Assembly (NCBI GenBank): GCA_951406725.2 | Contig: OX597821.1 | Span: forward strand, 97,836,001-97,900,000 | Reading direction: 5' to 3' | Source: Octopus vulgaris | Taxonomy: Eukaryota | Length of the DNA stretch: 64,000 nt | Part shown: positions 10,247 to 24,270 of the stretch, in pieces | Layout: every line of letters begins with the position of its first letter | Numbering within the stretch: the stretch's first letter is position 1 | Notes under the pieces: model-generated | The model's input: the letters and a program-made list of their open reading frames with translations, nothing else | Told to the model about the DNA's origin: nothing | Databases searched by the model: none | Program-made: the position numbers and the translations under genes

Positions 10247-12270
10247 AAACAATATTTTTAAAGAAATAAATAAAATAATAATTTTTCTTATAAAAAACTC
10301 TATTATCAAATTAGAAACTTTAACGATTAGGATTATGTCATACAATCCAATACGGCCTTGGAAAGCTAAGTAATCTATTTCTATTTAAGATTTTAAAATA
10401 CTTTAATAAGTCTTATTGTATTATTTTGTATACTGTATAAATACTGATTGTTATTTGATGATTTAGTTGTTGAAGATGTGCATATATAACTCTATGTTAT
10501 TTGTAAGATTTTACTTAGCCAAAGAGATATATAGATCGTTAATAATTATACGATTTTTTTAAAGTTAGGTTATTGGTTTATAATTTGATTTTAATCTTTA
10601 ATTTTTTTAATGTATCTCATAATTATATTATATTAATATTTAATATTTATGTAAGTAGTATCGGATAAATTAATTAACTTGTTTTTCTTTATATGTCTAT
10701 ACATTTATTGATAGCATAAATTTTAGATTTTAATCACTGTATTTGTTGATAATAATTTAGTTATTTTTATAATTATTAGATGTGTACTTAAATCTAAAAT
10801 ATGAATAATGATTATTTAGTTAAATAACTTGGTAATTAAATTTTGGACTATAACTGAGTTAAGGATATTCATGAGTTTATTATGTTTTTTTAAGCCATAT
10901 TATATATTCATAGATATCTCTAATAGTGACTTTATTCTATTATAGCTTAAATATAGCTATTCTCCATTGATAATTTGTATTAGTATTTTTCATTGATAAA
11001 ATATATTTGTAATTTTCATTGTTAAAAGAATTTTCCATTTGTTTATTATTAGTTTAGTTAATGACACGATTTTTGAAAGCTAAATAAACCTTTTGATTAA
11101 AGTTATTTTAATAATTTATGTTATTTTGTATTATATTGGATACTATATAACTAAGGATTGATAATTTGATTGTATAAGTATTTAGTTGTGAAAGTTACGT
11201 ATTTCATTATTAGATTATAACTATACGGTTTTTGTAAGTTATTAATTAGCCAACGAGATATATTGATCGTTAAATAGTTATATGTTTTTTTAAGATAGGT
11301 TATACATTTATATTTTGCTTTTTCATCTTTAATTCTTTAATATATTTCGTAAGTAATAATGGAATAATTAATTTATTTAGTTTTCATTATACATATATAT
11401 ATTTATTGATAGAGAAAATTTTATATCTTAATTATTATATTTATTGATAATAATTTAGTTATTATTCTTAAATATTTTATAATTATTAGATTTGAACTTA
11501 AATTTAAAAATATGAATAGTGATTATTTTTTGTTAAATAATTTTGTAATTAGATATTGACTATAACTGAGATTAGGTTATTCGTGAGTTTATTATGTTTT
11601 TTAAAGCCATATTATATCTTAATGGATAAATACATTTTCTATCTATTTTTACCATAAAAATTAATATTTAACATTATAATTGGATTGTATGACATAATCC
11701 TAATCGTTAAAGTTTCTAATTTGATAATAGAGTTTTTTTATAAGAAAAATTATTTTTTTATTTATTTCTTAAAAAATATTGTTTAAATATATTTGCATAT
11801 TTATTTAACTATTATCATTAACCTGAAGATTGGCTATAATTATAATTCGAATTTTAATTGTATTTAAATTATTGTAATTCGAATTGGGTTATGGCCATGA
11901 AACGTATGTAGAGGTTTTACTTATTATATTATATTAAACTTTTCAATACTTTTTCATAGTTATCTAAAAAAAAATTTTTTTAATAAAATAAAATAAAATA
12001 AAATAAAATAAATAAAATATATAAAAAATAAAAATTTATAAATATAAATTGAAAATTTTAAATTTAAATAATTTAAATTTTGAATTTTATATTTTATATA
12101 TTTTGTATATTATATTAATTATATTTATTTTTATGTTTTGGTTTATGTTTTTCACTGTTTGATTTGCCTAATAGTGGTTTTATCTCTAATTTAATTTATA
12201 TTTATACTGTGAAATTTGATTTAATCCTAAATCTAATTTTTCCCTGTAAGTTTGGATTTACTCCCTAATA
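10247..12270 (-). mobile_element. Extremely AT-rich Penelope-like retroelement relic with inverted terminal repeat
   Basis: ~105-bp inverted repeat (10247-10351 / 11679-11784). Minus-strand relic peptides W*K*IENVFI (WxRYIDDVFI-like), IIW..LNS and ILDL. Hammerhead-like motif at 11819-11916. Internal duplication with a period of ~720 bp. Confidence 0.55.
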
Positions 12271-12285
12271 TTATTATTATTATTA

Positions 12286-12330
<45 letters not shown>

Positions 12331-12363
12331 TAATCAAAATAAAAACATGATGCCAAGGATTCA

Positions 12364-12441
12364 GCGGTACATATGTTTCGGGCCTTTATTAGACGGATTT
12401 ATAACAATGCATAATGTGTGTCTATGGCCTTCTTCAGCCGC
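12364..12441 (-). ncRNA. Minimal type-I hammerhead ribozyme motif
   Basis: Minus strand reads GCGG-CUGAAGA-A-GGCC-AUAGAC..GUCUAAUAAA-GGCC-C-GAAA-C-AUAU-G-UA-CCGC. Both core boxes are present, with a 4-bp stem I, stem II, palindromic stem III and a GUA cleavage triplet. Confidence 0.75.
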
Positions 12442-13099
12442 GCACAACTACTACCTCAAGGACATGTATTACATCAAAAATTCTACGTTGGGGATGCAAA
12501 TCCTCTCATTCGCGTACGACATAATGCGGCAACAGCATAAAAATGAAGCGTCCATCTCGTCCTTCTCTCAATGTAGAATGAGGAAATTTGGATGTTGAAG
12601 TAATATAAATAAATGAATAAATAAATATATACATATATAAATACAGACAGACGTGAAGGAACCTGGTAATAAGAGCAAATAGGGATAAAGATGGAGGGGC
12701 AAGAATTCAGGACGAAGGATAAAAGAATATATAAAAAGTGTAAGTATAGAAAAATATAAAAATGTAGAGTATAAAGATATAAAGAGATATAAAAAATATA
12801 AAAAAATATAAATGAATATAAAGGTATAAAGTTATAAAAAATTAAAAAATACAAAAATTTTAAAAATTTAAAAAATAAAAAAATTATCAGAAGTATAAAG
12901 GGTATAAGAGTGTAGGAATGTAAAAGAATATAAGGATAAGGGATATATAGTAGTTATGGACCAAACATGGTGGTCAGGAAAATGACAAATTCTGGTTGTA
13001 GAAGCCTTGGGTGTCATAAATCAACCGGGGCGTCTGGGGACCTAGTGTATTGTAAATTAGAGTTGTTTGGTTGAGCCGCTTATCTAGTTCTTCGTAACG

Positions 13100-13838
13100 T
13101 ATTAAGTGGTCATCATGTACATACATACACGCATGGATACATACACCCATATACACATGCACATATACGCACGCATACGCAACTACACGCGTACAAGCAT
13201 ACATACGTACTCTCGTGTAAACATATACAGATATATATGGAAAAAGGCGCATGTAGTTGGGTACACGAACCGACGCGCATACGTACGTACATACATACAC
13301 TCACATACGTTCATATAGGCACACTCGCACTTACACGCATGTACAAGACGAAGTGAATCTCTATGTGTGTGGGCAGGAATATGTATACACCTGCACTCGC
13401 GTCCACCCCCATGCCCATGCAGGAGTAGATCCCTATGCCTATACACAAAGGTATGCATATGCACAGACACAGGTATAACAAAAGGATCTGTTCTTGCACA
13501 CGGGTAAGATACGGAGTCATAGTGGGTACATTAGGTAGACATGAACGTCAGAAACTTGCGGGCAAAAGATTTTAACAGAATATGCATATATATACACGGA
13601 CAATATACATATATATATATACACACACATACGCATATATATATATACACATATACGTATATATATATATATGTATATACATACATATACACATATACAC
13701 ACATATACATACACACACATACACACACCCATACCTGCACACGCACATATATATATGTGTGCATACATACACACCCACGTGTACATACATACACGCATAC
13801 ATACATACACACGGACCCACGCACACGTATCCACACGC

Positions 13839-13869
<31 letters not shown>

Positions 13870-13900
13870 TATACACAACAAATATATATATATATATACA
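13100..13900. repeat. Degenerate (CA/TA)n low-complexity tract
   Basis: Alternating purine-pyrimidine sequence; source of the many spurious YI/HT-rich ORFs. Confidence 0.85.
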
Positions 13901-13904
13901 TAAC

Positions 13905-14655
13905 CAGTGAGGCAGTTACAATGGAATACATCAACATTAGCGAAGAAGATATACTACTAGCCATAGATGAGGTGGATGCAAACTCAACTGCTGGTCCTGA
14001 TGGTTTCCTAGCAATCCTCCTCAAATCGTGTAAGCATGCCCTGGCAAAATCCCTCCAGATTCTTTTCCAGAGCTTTCTTACAAATGGCAGACTGCCAAGC
14101 AAGGTGAAGAAGGGAATAATACGCCCAATCCATAAAGAGGGAAGTAGAACAGATGCCAAAAACTATAGGCCTATCTCTCTGACTTCACACATCAGCAAAG
14201 TCATGGAATGGATAGTGAGAGGGAAACTAATCGCATTGCTTGAAGAAAATAACTTACTGAGTGATACCCAGCATGGCTTTTGATCGGGTAGGAACTGCCC
14301 GACCCAGCTCTAACAGCATTATGACAGGGTGTTGAGGCAGTTACTCAACAACTCAAATGTGAACGTAATATACCTTGATTTTGCAGAAGCTTTTGACAGA
14401 GTGGATCATGTAGTATGATATACCACAAACTGTGTGATCTTAGAATAGCTGGAAAACATGGAGTTGTGGTTACATTACTTCCTGTTGAGAGTCCCAGATG
14501 AACCGACCTCACGGCAAGAGGTGCAGATGAGGGTAGCTACATCAAACTCCATTCTACACCAAGTGCCACATATTAAAGGAGGATCTCAGTAATAACAGTG
14601 TAGCAAAACAGCAGTGCTCCAGGATTGCCACATACTGAGCTGAAACTACAGAAAA
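13905..14655 (+). mobile_element. Second CR1/L2-group LINE copy, internally deleted
   Basis: AGPDGF..NYRPISLTSHISKVME..QHGF*..YLDFAEAFDRVDH jumps at ~14483 to the C-terminal VPDEPTSRQEVQ and the 3' tail 'gtgctccaggattgccacatactgagctgaaact'. Confidence 0.9.
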
Positions 14656-14730
14656 AATACATATATATATACATACACACACACACATACACGAAAATAT
14701 ATACATACCTATATATATATATATATATAT

Positions 14731-14899
14731 ATCTGTAAATTAATATGTGACAATTATTCAATAGCCAAGATAAAACTCTGAGTTTTGGATGCTGAAGTGG
14801 AAATCCACAACACCATCTGTTGTGGATTTCCACTTCGGCATCTGAAACTCAGAGTTTTATCTTGGCTATTGAATAATTGTCACATATTAATTTACAGAT
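14731..14899. repeat. Near-perfect fold-back palindrome (82-bp arms, 5-nt loop)
   Basis: Arm 14731-14812 is the reverse complement of 14818-14899 with 3 mismatches. Lies between (TA)n tracts. Confidence 0.95.
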
Positions 14900-14962
14900 A
14901 AATTTCCTCTATTTACATAATATTGAGGCTTCTTTCTTTCTTTTGTTATCTTATCGTTTTTA

Positions 14963-15007
<45 letters not shown>

Positions 15008-15600
15008 AATACATATACATACATACTTATATACACACATATGTATATATATACATATACATACATATATATACGTATACATTCATATATATATAAATAT
15101 ATATGTATATATATATGAAGAAGAAAATTGAGATATTGAAGTTAAGTAAGAGTTTATTATCAGCAACAAATCGATCATTATATATACATACATAAATAAA
15201 TATATCTACATACATACATACATAAATATATCTACATACATACTTAAATCATCATCATCATCATCATCATATATATATACATACTTAGATATATATATAT
15301 ATATATATACACATATATATATATACACATATACATAAATATATTTTCATACATACATAAATATATATATACATACTTAGATATATATATACATATACAT
15401 AAACATATATATACATACATACATAAATATAATATATATATATATATACATAGAATGTGTATATTATACATGTAGACACAGACACATCACATACATGCAC
15501 ACGCATACATATAATACTATCCACACTTTCCTACTAACTCATACTGTACTCTTCCCACTTTTTTACTTTCAGCAACAACCGCATGAACAATCAAGACAAC

Positions 15601-15640
<40 letters not shown>

Positions 15641-15969
15641 GTGGTTGTGGTGTTATTTTCTGCCAGATATCAGAATAATTTCTTCTCCTCATGAGTGTTA
15701 CTTAATGTCTATCGCCTATTGTCATAGCACACTCTACAAACGTCATCAAACACCCACGCGCACATCCACCCACACACCTAACAATTTACACCTTCACTCA
15801 CACCTAAACACCCACATGTCCACACACACCCATGCACGCACACACACGCGCTCACACACACTTAAGTGTACACACACATATGCTACGCTCACAGAAACAT
15901 GCACACCAGTAATTACATCTTTGTTCAGACTACTACCACCTACACAGCTTTGATATTGCCGTTCCTGCA

Positions 15970-18430
15970 AGTACTAGTACCACCAGTACTACTGCTATAG
16001 CTACATTAATTATTACCAGCACTACCACCAATACCGCTATCACCACTACCACCACGATCTTTAACATTATTATGTACTACAATTAGGATTACCATCACAA
16101 CACAAAACAATTAAAATTCAATCAAGGCTGCCCTTGGACTAAACATCAACAAACTGAGTTAACACAACCATTAACACCATCATCATCATCACCATCTATA
16201 CCATCACACATCAACACCACCACTGTCACCAATACAGTCTTAAACACAACCACTAACACCACCTCACCAACAATATCACCCACACAACTGTACCATCATC
16301 CCCAATATCACTTTCAACACAACCACCATCCTCAATATCACCTTTAATGCAACCACCAACACTAACGCTACCTTCTAATGCAACCATTGACACCACTACA
16401 CAACAGCACCATCACCACCAGTATCACCTCCAATACAACCACTAGCACCGCTTCCCCCACAATACAATCATCAACACTACCGCCAAAACCATTATTGATT
16501 CCACCACATAACACCGTCACCAGCAATACCAACTCTAATATAACCACCAACACCGCCAATACCATCTTTAACATAATCAACCATACCACCTCCAATGCAA
16601 CCAATATTACCACCATCATCATCACCAATACTACCGCCAATACTATCAGACCACTCATGCTACCTTGTAATATACCATCATACTGCAATTAACACAACCA
16701 CCACCGCCAACAACACCATCACTATCAATACAACATCCAATACAGCAACCAACACCACCACACAATATTCACCAGTATCAGCACCAATACTACATCTAAC
16801 TCAACCACCAACACTACTACCAACACCACTCTATCACAACCACTAACACCACCATCAACAACACCACCATCAACAACACCACCATCAACACCACCATCAA
16901 CAACACCACACAATCAACAACACCACACAATAACGCCTCCTCAGTTAGTACTACATTTAACATGACCATCACTATCAATAACACTTCTAATACATTCACC
17001 AACACTGCCATCAACCAACATCAACACCACCAACCAAAAGCATCATTACCATCAGCACCAATACAGCATCGACAAACCACTAACATTACCACCAGCACCT
17101 CCATACAACATTACCACCATCACCAGTACCATATTGGACACATCCATGAACATCAACACCACCATACAACTACCAAGACAACCATCACTATTACCAACAC
17201 CACCATGCAAGTACAACAAATACCAACACCACCATACAACTACCACTATTACCAACACCACCATACAACTACCATCACTATTACCAACACCACCATACAA
17301 CTACCATCACTATTACCAACACTATTACCAACACTACCATACATACAACTACCATCACTATTACCAACACCACCATACAACTACCATCACTATTACCAAC
17401 ACTATTACCAACACTATTACCAACACCACCATACAACTGCCATCACTATTACCAACACCACCATACAACTACCATCACTATTACCAACACCACCATACAA
17501 CTACCATCACTATTACCAACACCACCATACAACTACCATCACTATTACCAACACCACCATGCAACTACCATCACTATTACCAACACTATTACCAACACCA
17601 CCATACAACTACCATCACTATTACCAACACCACCATACAACTACCATCACTATTACCAACACCACCATACTATTACCATCACTATTACCAACACCACCAT
17701 ACAACTACCATCACTATTACCAACACTATTACCAACACCACCATACAACTACCATCACTATTACCAACACTATTACCAACACCACCATACAACTACCATC
17801 ACTATTACCAACACTATTACCAACACCACCATACAACTACCATCACTATTACCAACACCACCATACAACTACCATCACTATTACCAACACTATTACCAAC
17901 ACTATTACCAACACCACCATACTATTACCATCACTATTACCAACACCACCATACAACTACCATCACTATTACCAACACCACCATGCAACTACCATCACTA
18001 TTACCAACACTATTACCAACACCACCATACAACTACCATCACTATTACCAACACTATTACCAACACCACCATACAACTACCATCACTATTACCAACACTA
18101 TTACCAACACCACCATACAACTACCATCACTATTACCAACACTATTACCAACACCACCATACAACTATCATCACTATTACCAACACTATTACCAACACCA
18201 CCATACAACTATCATCACTATTACCAACACTATTACCAACACCACCATACAACTACCACGACTACCACCACTATTACCAACACCACCATACAACTACCAC
18301 GACTACCACCACTATTACCAACACCACCATACAACTACCACAACTACCATCACTATTATCAATACCAAAACCCAATCCCTGTACTATCAAAACCACCACT
18401 ACCTTCAGTACCGTGGTGCAACACCTTCAC
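15970..18430. repeat. ACC/AAC-rich low-complexity tract containing a 32-bp minisatellite (~17150-18350)
   Basis: Unit ACCAACACCACCATACAACTACCATCACTATT interspersed with the 12-mer ACCAACACTATT. Confidence 0.95.
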
Positions 18431-18809
18431 TACTAAAAGCAGTTCCACAATCTCTGGCCAGTTTTACCTGTTATTTAACTCCAAGTCAACTCTGATTCCA
18501 TCCATGACCATTCCAATTTTTTAGACTTATCTCCTTTCTATTATACCAAGCTACCATAATCACTCGTCTTGGCCAGGTGTTTTCAATGTGGGTGTATATG
18601 TAATAATGTATGTATGGTTTTGAGGCGGTGCTTAGGTGTGTTTAGTGTTCTGTTCTTTGTTAAGTTAGAAACACAAAGCAGCTGCTCTTACACATACTTA
18701 GCATAGCTCAGTGTAGACATCAAATACACTGAACCAACATTATAATCATAAGGATCATTCATACATTTCTAATATATAAGATGTTGCCAATTAGGCTGAA
18801 AGTGCATGT

Positions 18810-18848
<39 letters not shown>

Positions 18849-18924
18849 CATATGCATGCACATATGTATATGAAAATATATTTACACTACACACATTCAC
18901 ACATCTAAACAGATATATACACAC

Positions 18925-19361
<437 letters not shown>

Positions 19362-20104
19362 TGCAGAGTTGAAGTTGTGCATAGCAAGACACAAGGCCAA
19401 TCCAAATAATTATGCCACTGACATCTCCCCAAATGTCACTTCAGTGTTTCTACTGAATACGAAAGTTCTATTACAACCTTGTAACGAAAGTGAAATTTCC
19501 TACCTGAGAGACCTTGTCACATGCAATGAAACCTACGTCTGACATTTACAGAAACACAGCAGCAAATGTGAAAATTCACATCGCAAAGTTATATCTTGTT
19601 CAATCAAAATAGAAAGAAGTCTTGGTGGAGTTGCCACATGCATCCATGAAAATGTCACAACCTTAGTCTTAGAGTAAGTTATCCTCGGAAAGTCAAGTGA
19701 AGATGGCAAGCAAATACTTTGACTCATTCATATATCACCAACTGGCAATTGGAAATATATGAACTGATTCTCATTCCTAGTTTCCCTCTGCTCTTTCGAT
19801 TCTTGTGGAAAAGATGTGTTACATTAGTTAAGCTGTCCATCTGCTGCTTTCATCCTCTACTCATGAACAGCTTGTTTTACAGTTGTTGATGATGTGCAGG
19901 CATGCTATAAGGTTGCTGCATCTACAAACATATCTGGATGGTAAGCAGGTATAGTCACTTGTTCTTAAAGACGTTTTCCTATGCTCTTTAATGAAACTGC
20001 ATTCCTAGATCAAGTGACCAAAACTGAGCACTTGACATCTGGAAGGTAGTCAGCTGTTCAAAACTCTTTGTCAGTTGAGTAATGTCAGTGACACACGAGT
20101 AATA

Positions 20105-20375
20105 TGTGGTGTGTGTGAGATAGTCGATATATAAAGGCACCTACCTTCTCTTCACTCTGATAGAGTGGTAACGGATCCTTCGTCACAGCCCCGACCCGAA
20201 CGCTAAAGATAGCAGCTGTTTCACCCAACCTTAGCAACGTCTTCACACATCTTAACACCTCGACGACCCTCGTTGGAAAGGCCAAAATCCCTACTCCCTG
20301 CGCACGCCTCACGGCTGCCCCTTCCAGTTGCCCCAGTTTTCGGTCAATGCACCCAGCTGCTGACGTCATCCCACA
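20105..20375. mobile_element. Solo LTR with 5-bp TSD (TAATA)
   Basis: TG...CA termini, TAATA on both sides (20100-20104, 20376-20380), and a diverged inverted copy at 32243-32520. Confidence 0.85.
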
Positions 20376-20429
20376 TAATATGTAATGGGTTGCTGGCCTT
20401 GTGTTAAAATTAGAATGAATTATTAACAT

Positions 20430-20975
20430 CATTACAGTTGTATTTGTTCTGGCTCTTTATATTCTGAGTTCAATTCTTGCCTTTTGCCTTTCTAGGGGCA
20501 GATAAAATAAAGTACCAGTTAAATAATAGGGTCAATTTAATCAATTAACTCTACACAATAAATTTTTGGTTTTCTTTCTGTTAGAAAGGTGAGGAATTGG
20601 CAGAATCTTTGGACCATCAGAAAATGTCTTGTGGTATTTGTTGCCACTTTAACATTTCAAGTTCAAACCCCTGCGAGGTCAATTTTGCTTTTCATCCTTC
20701 TGGAGTTGATAAAATAAAGAACCAATTAAGTAGTGATGCCAATGTACTTGATTAACCGCTCTTGCCCAAATTTCAGGCCATGTGTCCACCTTAGAAACAG
20801 TTATTGATGATGGTGTCGAATGGCAGAATCATTATAGCATCAGGTAAAATACCTGGCCTTTTATATTCTGAGTTCAAATCTCATTTAGGTCAACTTTTTG
20901 CTCCTGGTTTCAATTAAATAAACATCAGTCAAATACTTATATCAGTGTAATCAACTGATTACACCCCCACCAATG
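20430..20975 (+). mobile_element. Cluster of three degenerate SINE copies (43772 family)
   Basis: Repeated 'ttctgagttcaa...ttttgcc/tttcatcct...aaaataaag/taccag' bodies. Confidence 0.65.
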
Positions 20976-23900
20976 CCAAAAAAATATGTAAAAGAGTAAC
21001 TTTGCACCAGGGTTGGAAATTAAGGTTCAATAAAATTGACTGTCAAAATTTGAAGTCATGTGACTCTCTCAGAAATGGAAATCGACAGGAAGACATTTGT
21101 TTTTCATAAATCTAAAGGTAAATATGATTTTTGAAATCTTGACCCACGCAGGCTGGAATTTTTTGTGACAAATTGCTCTGAAATGATTTGAAGACAGAAG
21201 CAAATGTTATTTTTCCATATCTGCCCTTTCTAGAAGATATATTGTCTTTTTTAGAAAAAAGATTGGAGGTTTGCGAATCTCAGACATCTTGTGTCAGCTG
21301 CATCGGTGTGGAGAGGCAAGAGGTGTGGTGAGAAGTAACTGCATAACACGTGGTGGCATTGGTAAGGTGTTCAACGTCAAACAACAGTAAAAACAGTATT
21401 AAAATGATTGGAGGAGACACATCAAAAATAACAATAATTAATAGACAACACCTGTACAAAGAACAACAACAGAATCACTTTGTAGTCTTTTAACATGCTA
21501 AAAATAATAGTCGAATTCCCTCAAATCACATCCTTCCACCTGAAAAAAGATGGACATATCGAATAGTATAGTCCTTCATACAAAAAGACGAAAGAGATCA
21601 TAGGTGGAATGTCTTTTATTATGCTTGTATTTTGAGTTGACATGGAAGCTAAACAACTATATCAAAGGGGACTTATAAACTAAGGTGGTAGAAAGAACAG
21701 TAACATTTCTACCAACAAAAACTGCGACTTTAGGGTCAGTAATAACAACAGTAAAACCAGCAATAAAAGCAAAAATGTATGGATTTTGCCAAAATTGCTA
21801 GCTTATGCAGGTAAATTTCAAGTCCCAACAAGAGGAAATAAGGCATACACAGTACTATTTTAAAAGCCCCATGCAGTGTCTTTTGGTGACCCCACCACCT
21901 CCAGGAAGAGGAACTATATCTATCCTTCCATGCAAAGGGCCACCATTTACAAATGCATCTTCAAAATACCAAAAATGGGAAAACCCTTCTTTGGTACAAA
22001 CCAATAAATGATTGAGAAAGTGTGTGGAAAAACATTTGGTTCCTCACAAAGAGAAATCAATAAAGATGAAGATAAAGGGAGAAATCTTGTCTTGCTATTA
22101 CCTCGTCTACATATCCATGTTGTTTCTAATATATGAGGGTCATGTCTACCCAAAAGTGAAAATTCACAATGTGTTTCCATTTTAAGTCAGTGGATAGCTG
22201 TAAACTGAGCATCAACACAATGCGGTAGGTGATAAATTTTCTTTCTTTTCCCTACAAGAATTGACCAGGAGTAAAGAAAATTTTCACATGAAAATCAAAA
22301 AAAAAAAAATAATAAATCCCCAAAATTTTCTGGGAAAATGTTCTTTCCAGATAAAGTCCTATATCACACGAGAAAGGAAAATGTTACAGAAGTGAAAAAT
22401 AAAAATGAAAAAAAATCGAAAGTTCTAAAGGAAAATTTTTTACTATTACACGTCTTGTGAGACAGATGGAAATCTCTAAATGGTGAACATTCAGAATAAT
22501 TATTAACTCATAGAGAAGGGAAAGTACAAAGAATTAGGTGGTTGTTTCCTTCTGTACGGGAATATCTTGTTCAAGAAATGTAATTTTTTACATTTGTGCC
22601 CTTTCACAGAAAATGTTTTATTTGTACCAGTTTCATGAGATGCATAACGAGAGAAATTAATTTGTAAACAATAATAGGAAATGTTGGAGTCAGCAGTTGT
22701 AACAATAAAAATTTGTTGTTATAATTGCATACTGTAGGATGTGATAGATGAACAATGCATGAAGTTTTAAGGAAATATTTATTTACCGTTGCATTACAAT
22801 ACCTTCTCTTGACGGGCAAGTTATGATAAATCCAAAAGCATGCAAAGTAAAGTTTGTGTTTGTGTCCTCTTCATTGCTTAGCAGTAATTACAGAGAGAGA
22901 TAGTATGATGTTGTCAGAGAACAGAATTAAAACTAGTGAGAGTTGTAGGGTGTGGGATATTGTCTTACAGTTGCTGACAGTAAACTTCATTTCTCTCTCT
23001 CACCAAGGTTCTAGCTGGTCAGTCAGACTTCGTTGAGTTGTCACTGACTGTGACTAACTGATTTTTGCTTAGGGTGTGCTTACTTTTATAACTATCCAGA
23101 AGGATAAATATATCATTGAGAACAATAGATTTAGTTGGTGGTCTTGTTATCTCTATTATATCTTTTGGTGAAGTAGAAGAAGTTAGAAAGGGTCAAGTGG
23201 TGAAGACATTATTTCAAACAAGCTAAAGGCATCTGGAAAATGTTAAACTGCTGTCAGAGAAAAACCATTGTTCCACCGTGGGAAAAGTTCTGTTGTAGTG
23301 TTAATTTAAATTTGGCTATGGTGGATCGAATCCACTTCATGCATACAAGATCTGCTACAGATGGTTGTAATGGTAAAAATTTACACAAAATTCAGAATTG
23401 TAATTTTTATTGTATGAAATAGAGAAATACCCCACCTCCACAAACCAAGTAAAAATCTACTTTTCCTTTCACTTGAGGCATGTGACTTCTAATCTGAATC
23501 TCAACCAAATTTTTGTATTGAAATCATATGAAAATGCATGTTTTTGTGGAAGATAGAAGGTTCAACAAATGTGCAAGCACTGACAATTTTTCAAACTTTG
23601 TAAGAACTGTGAAGCTGACCCAGTAATTAAAATAATTTAACGATAAACAACAAAGAAGTAGAGCTATCTTGTCTCAGCTATTCAAGTTTTGAATAAAAGA
23701 ACCATTATTTTCTGACAGAAATTGATTGCTTGGATTAGAAATTACATGTTTAAAAACCATAACTCATTTTGTGAAACAATTCATTAGAAGCTACATATTT
23801 TCGTTTGATATTTCTTTGATGCAAACAACTTCTGTTTAAGCAGGTACTTGTTCGGAGTCAGTTTGCTTACATAGGTATGAATTTCGTAGCTACTTGCTCC

Positions 23901-24091
23901 AGAATTTACTTAATATAGTTTGACAAATAACCATATTCACAACTTTGTTTGAGTTTAATTTTTGTCAGTCTACCACCTTCAAATTAGTATTTTAATAATG
24001 TGGGTGACTTTTATCATTTCCATTTTATAATACAAAAGTAGGTGTCTCTTCCTTGTGTATAACTTGAAGTCCTATTTCTCTCTCTCTCTCT

Positions 24092-24270
<179 letters not shown>

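Noticed and set aside
10250-12270. Possible mitochondrial insertion (NUMT) because of extreme AT content
   Set aside because: No recognisable mitochondrial gene or tRNA. The inverted repeat, hammerhead-like motif and RT-like traces fit a Penelope-like relic better, though a NUMT is not formally excluded.
16962-18524. 520-aa and 453-aa ORFs (His/Thr/Pro-rich)
   Set aside because: They arise from a G-poor 32-bp minisatellite. The same three peptides cycle through the frames, and there is no other coding evidence.
23180-23940. Possible hAT transposase relic on the minus strand
   Set aside because: Only vague motif resemblance; not supportable without a profile search.
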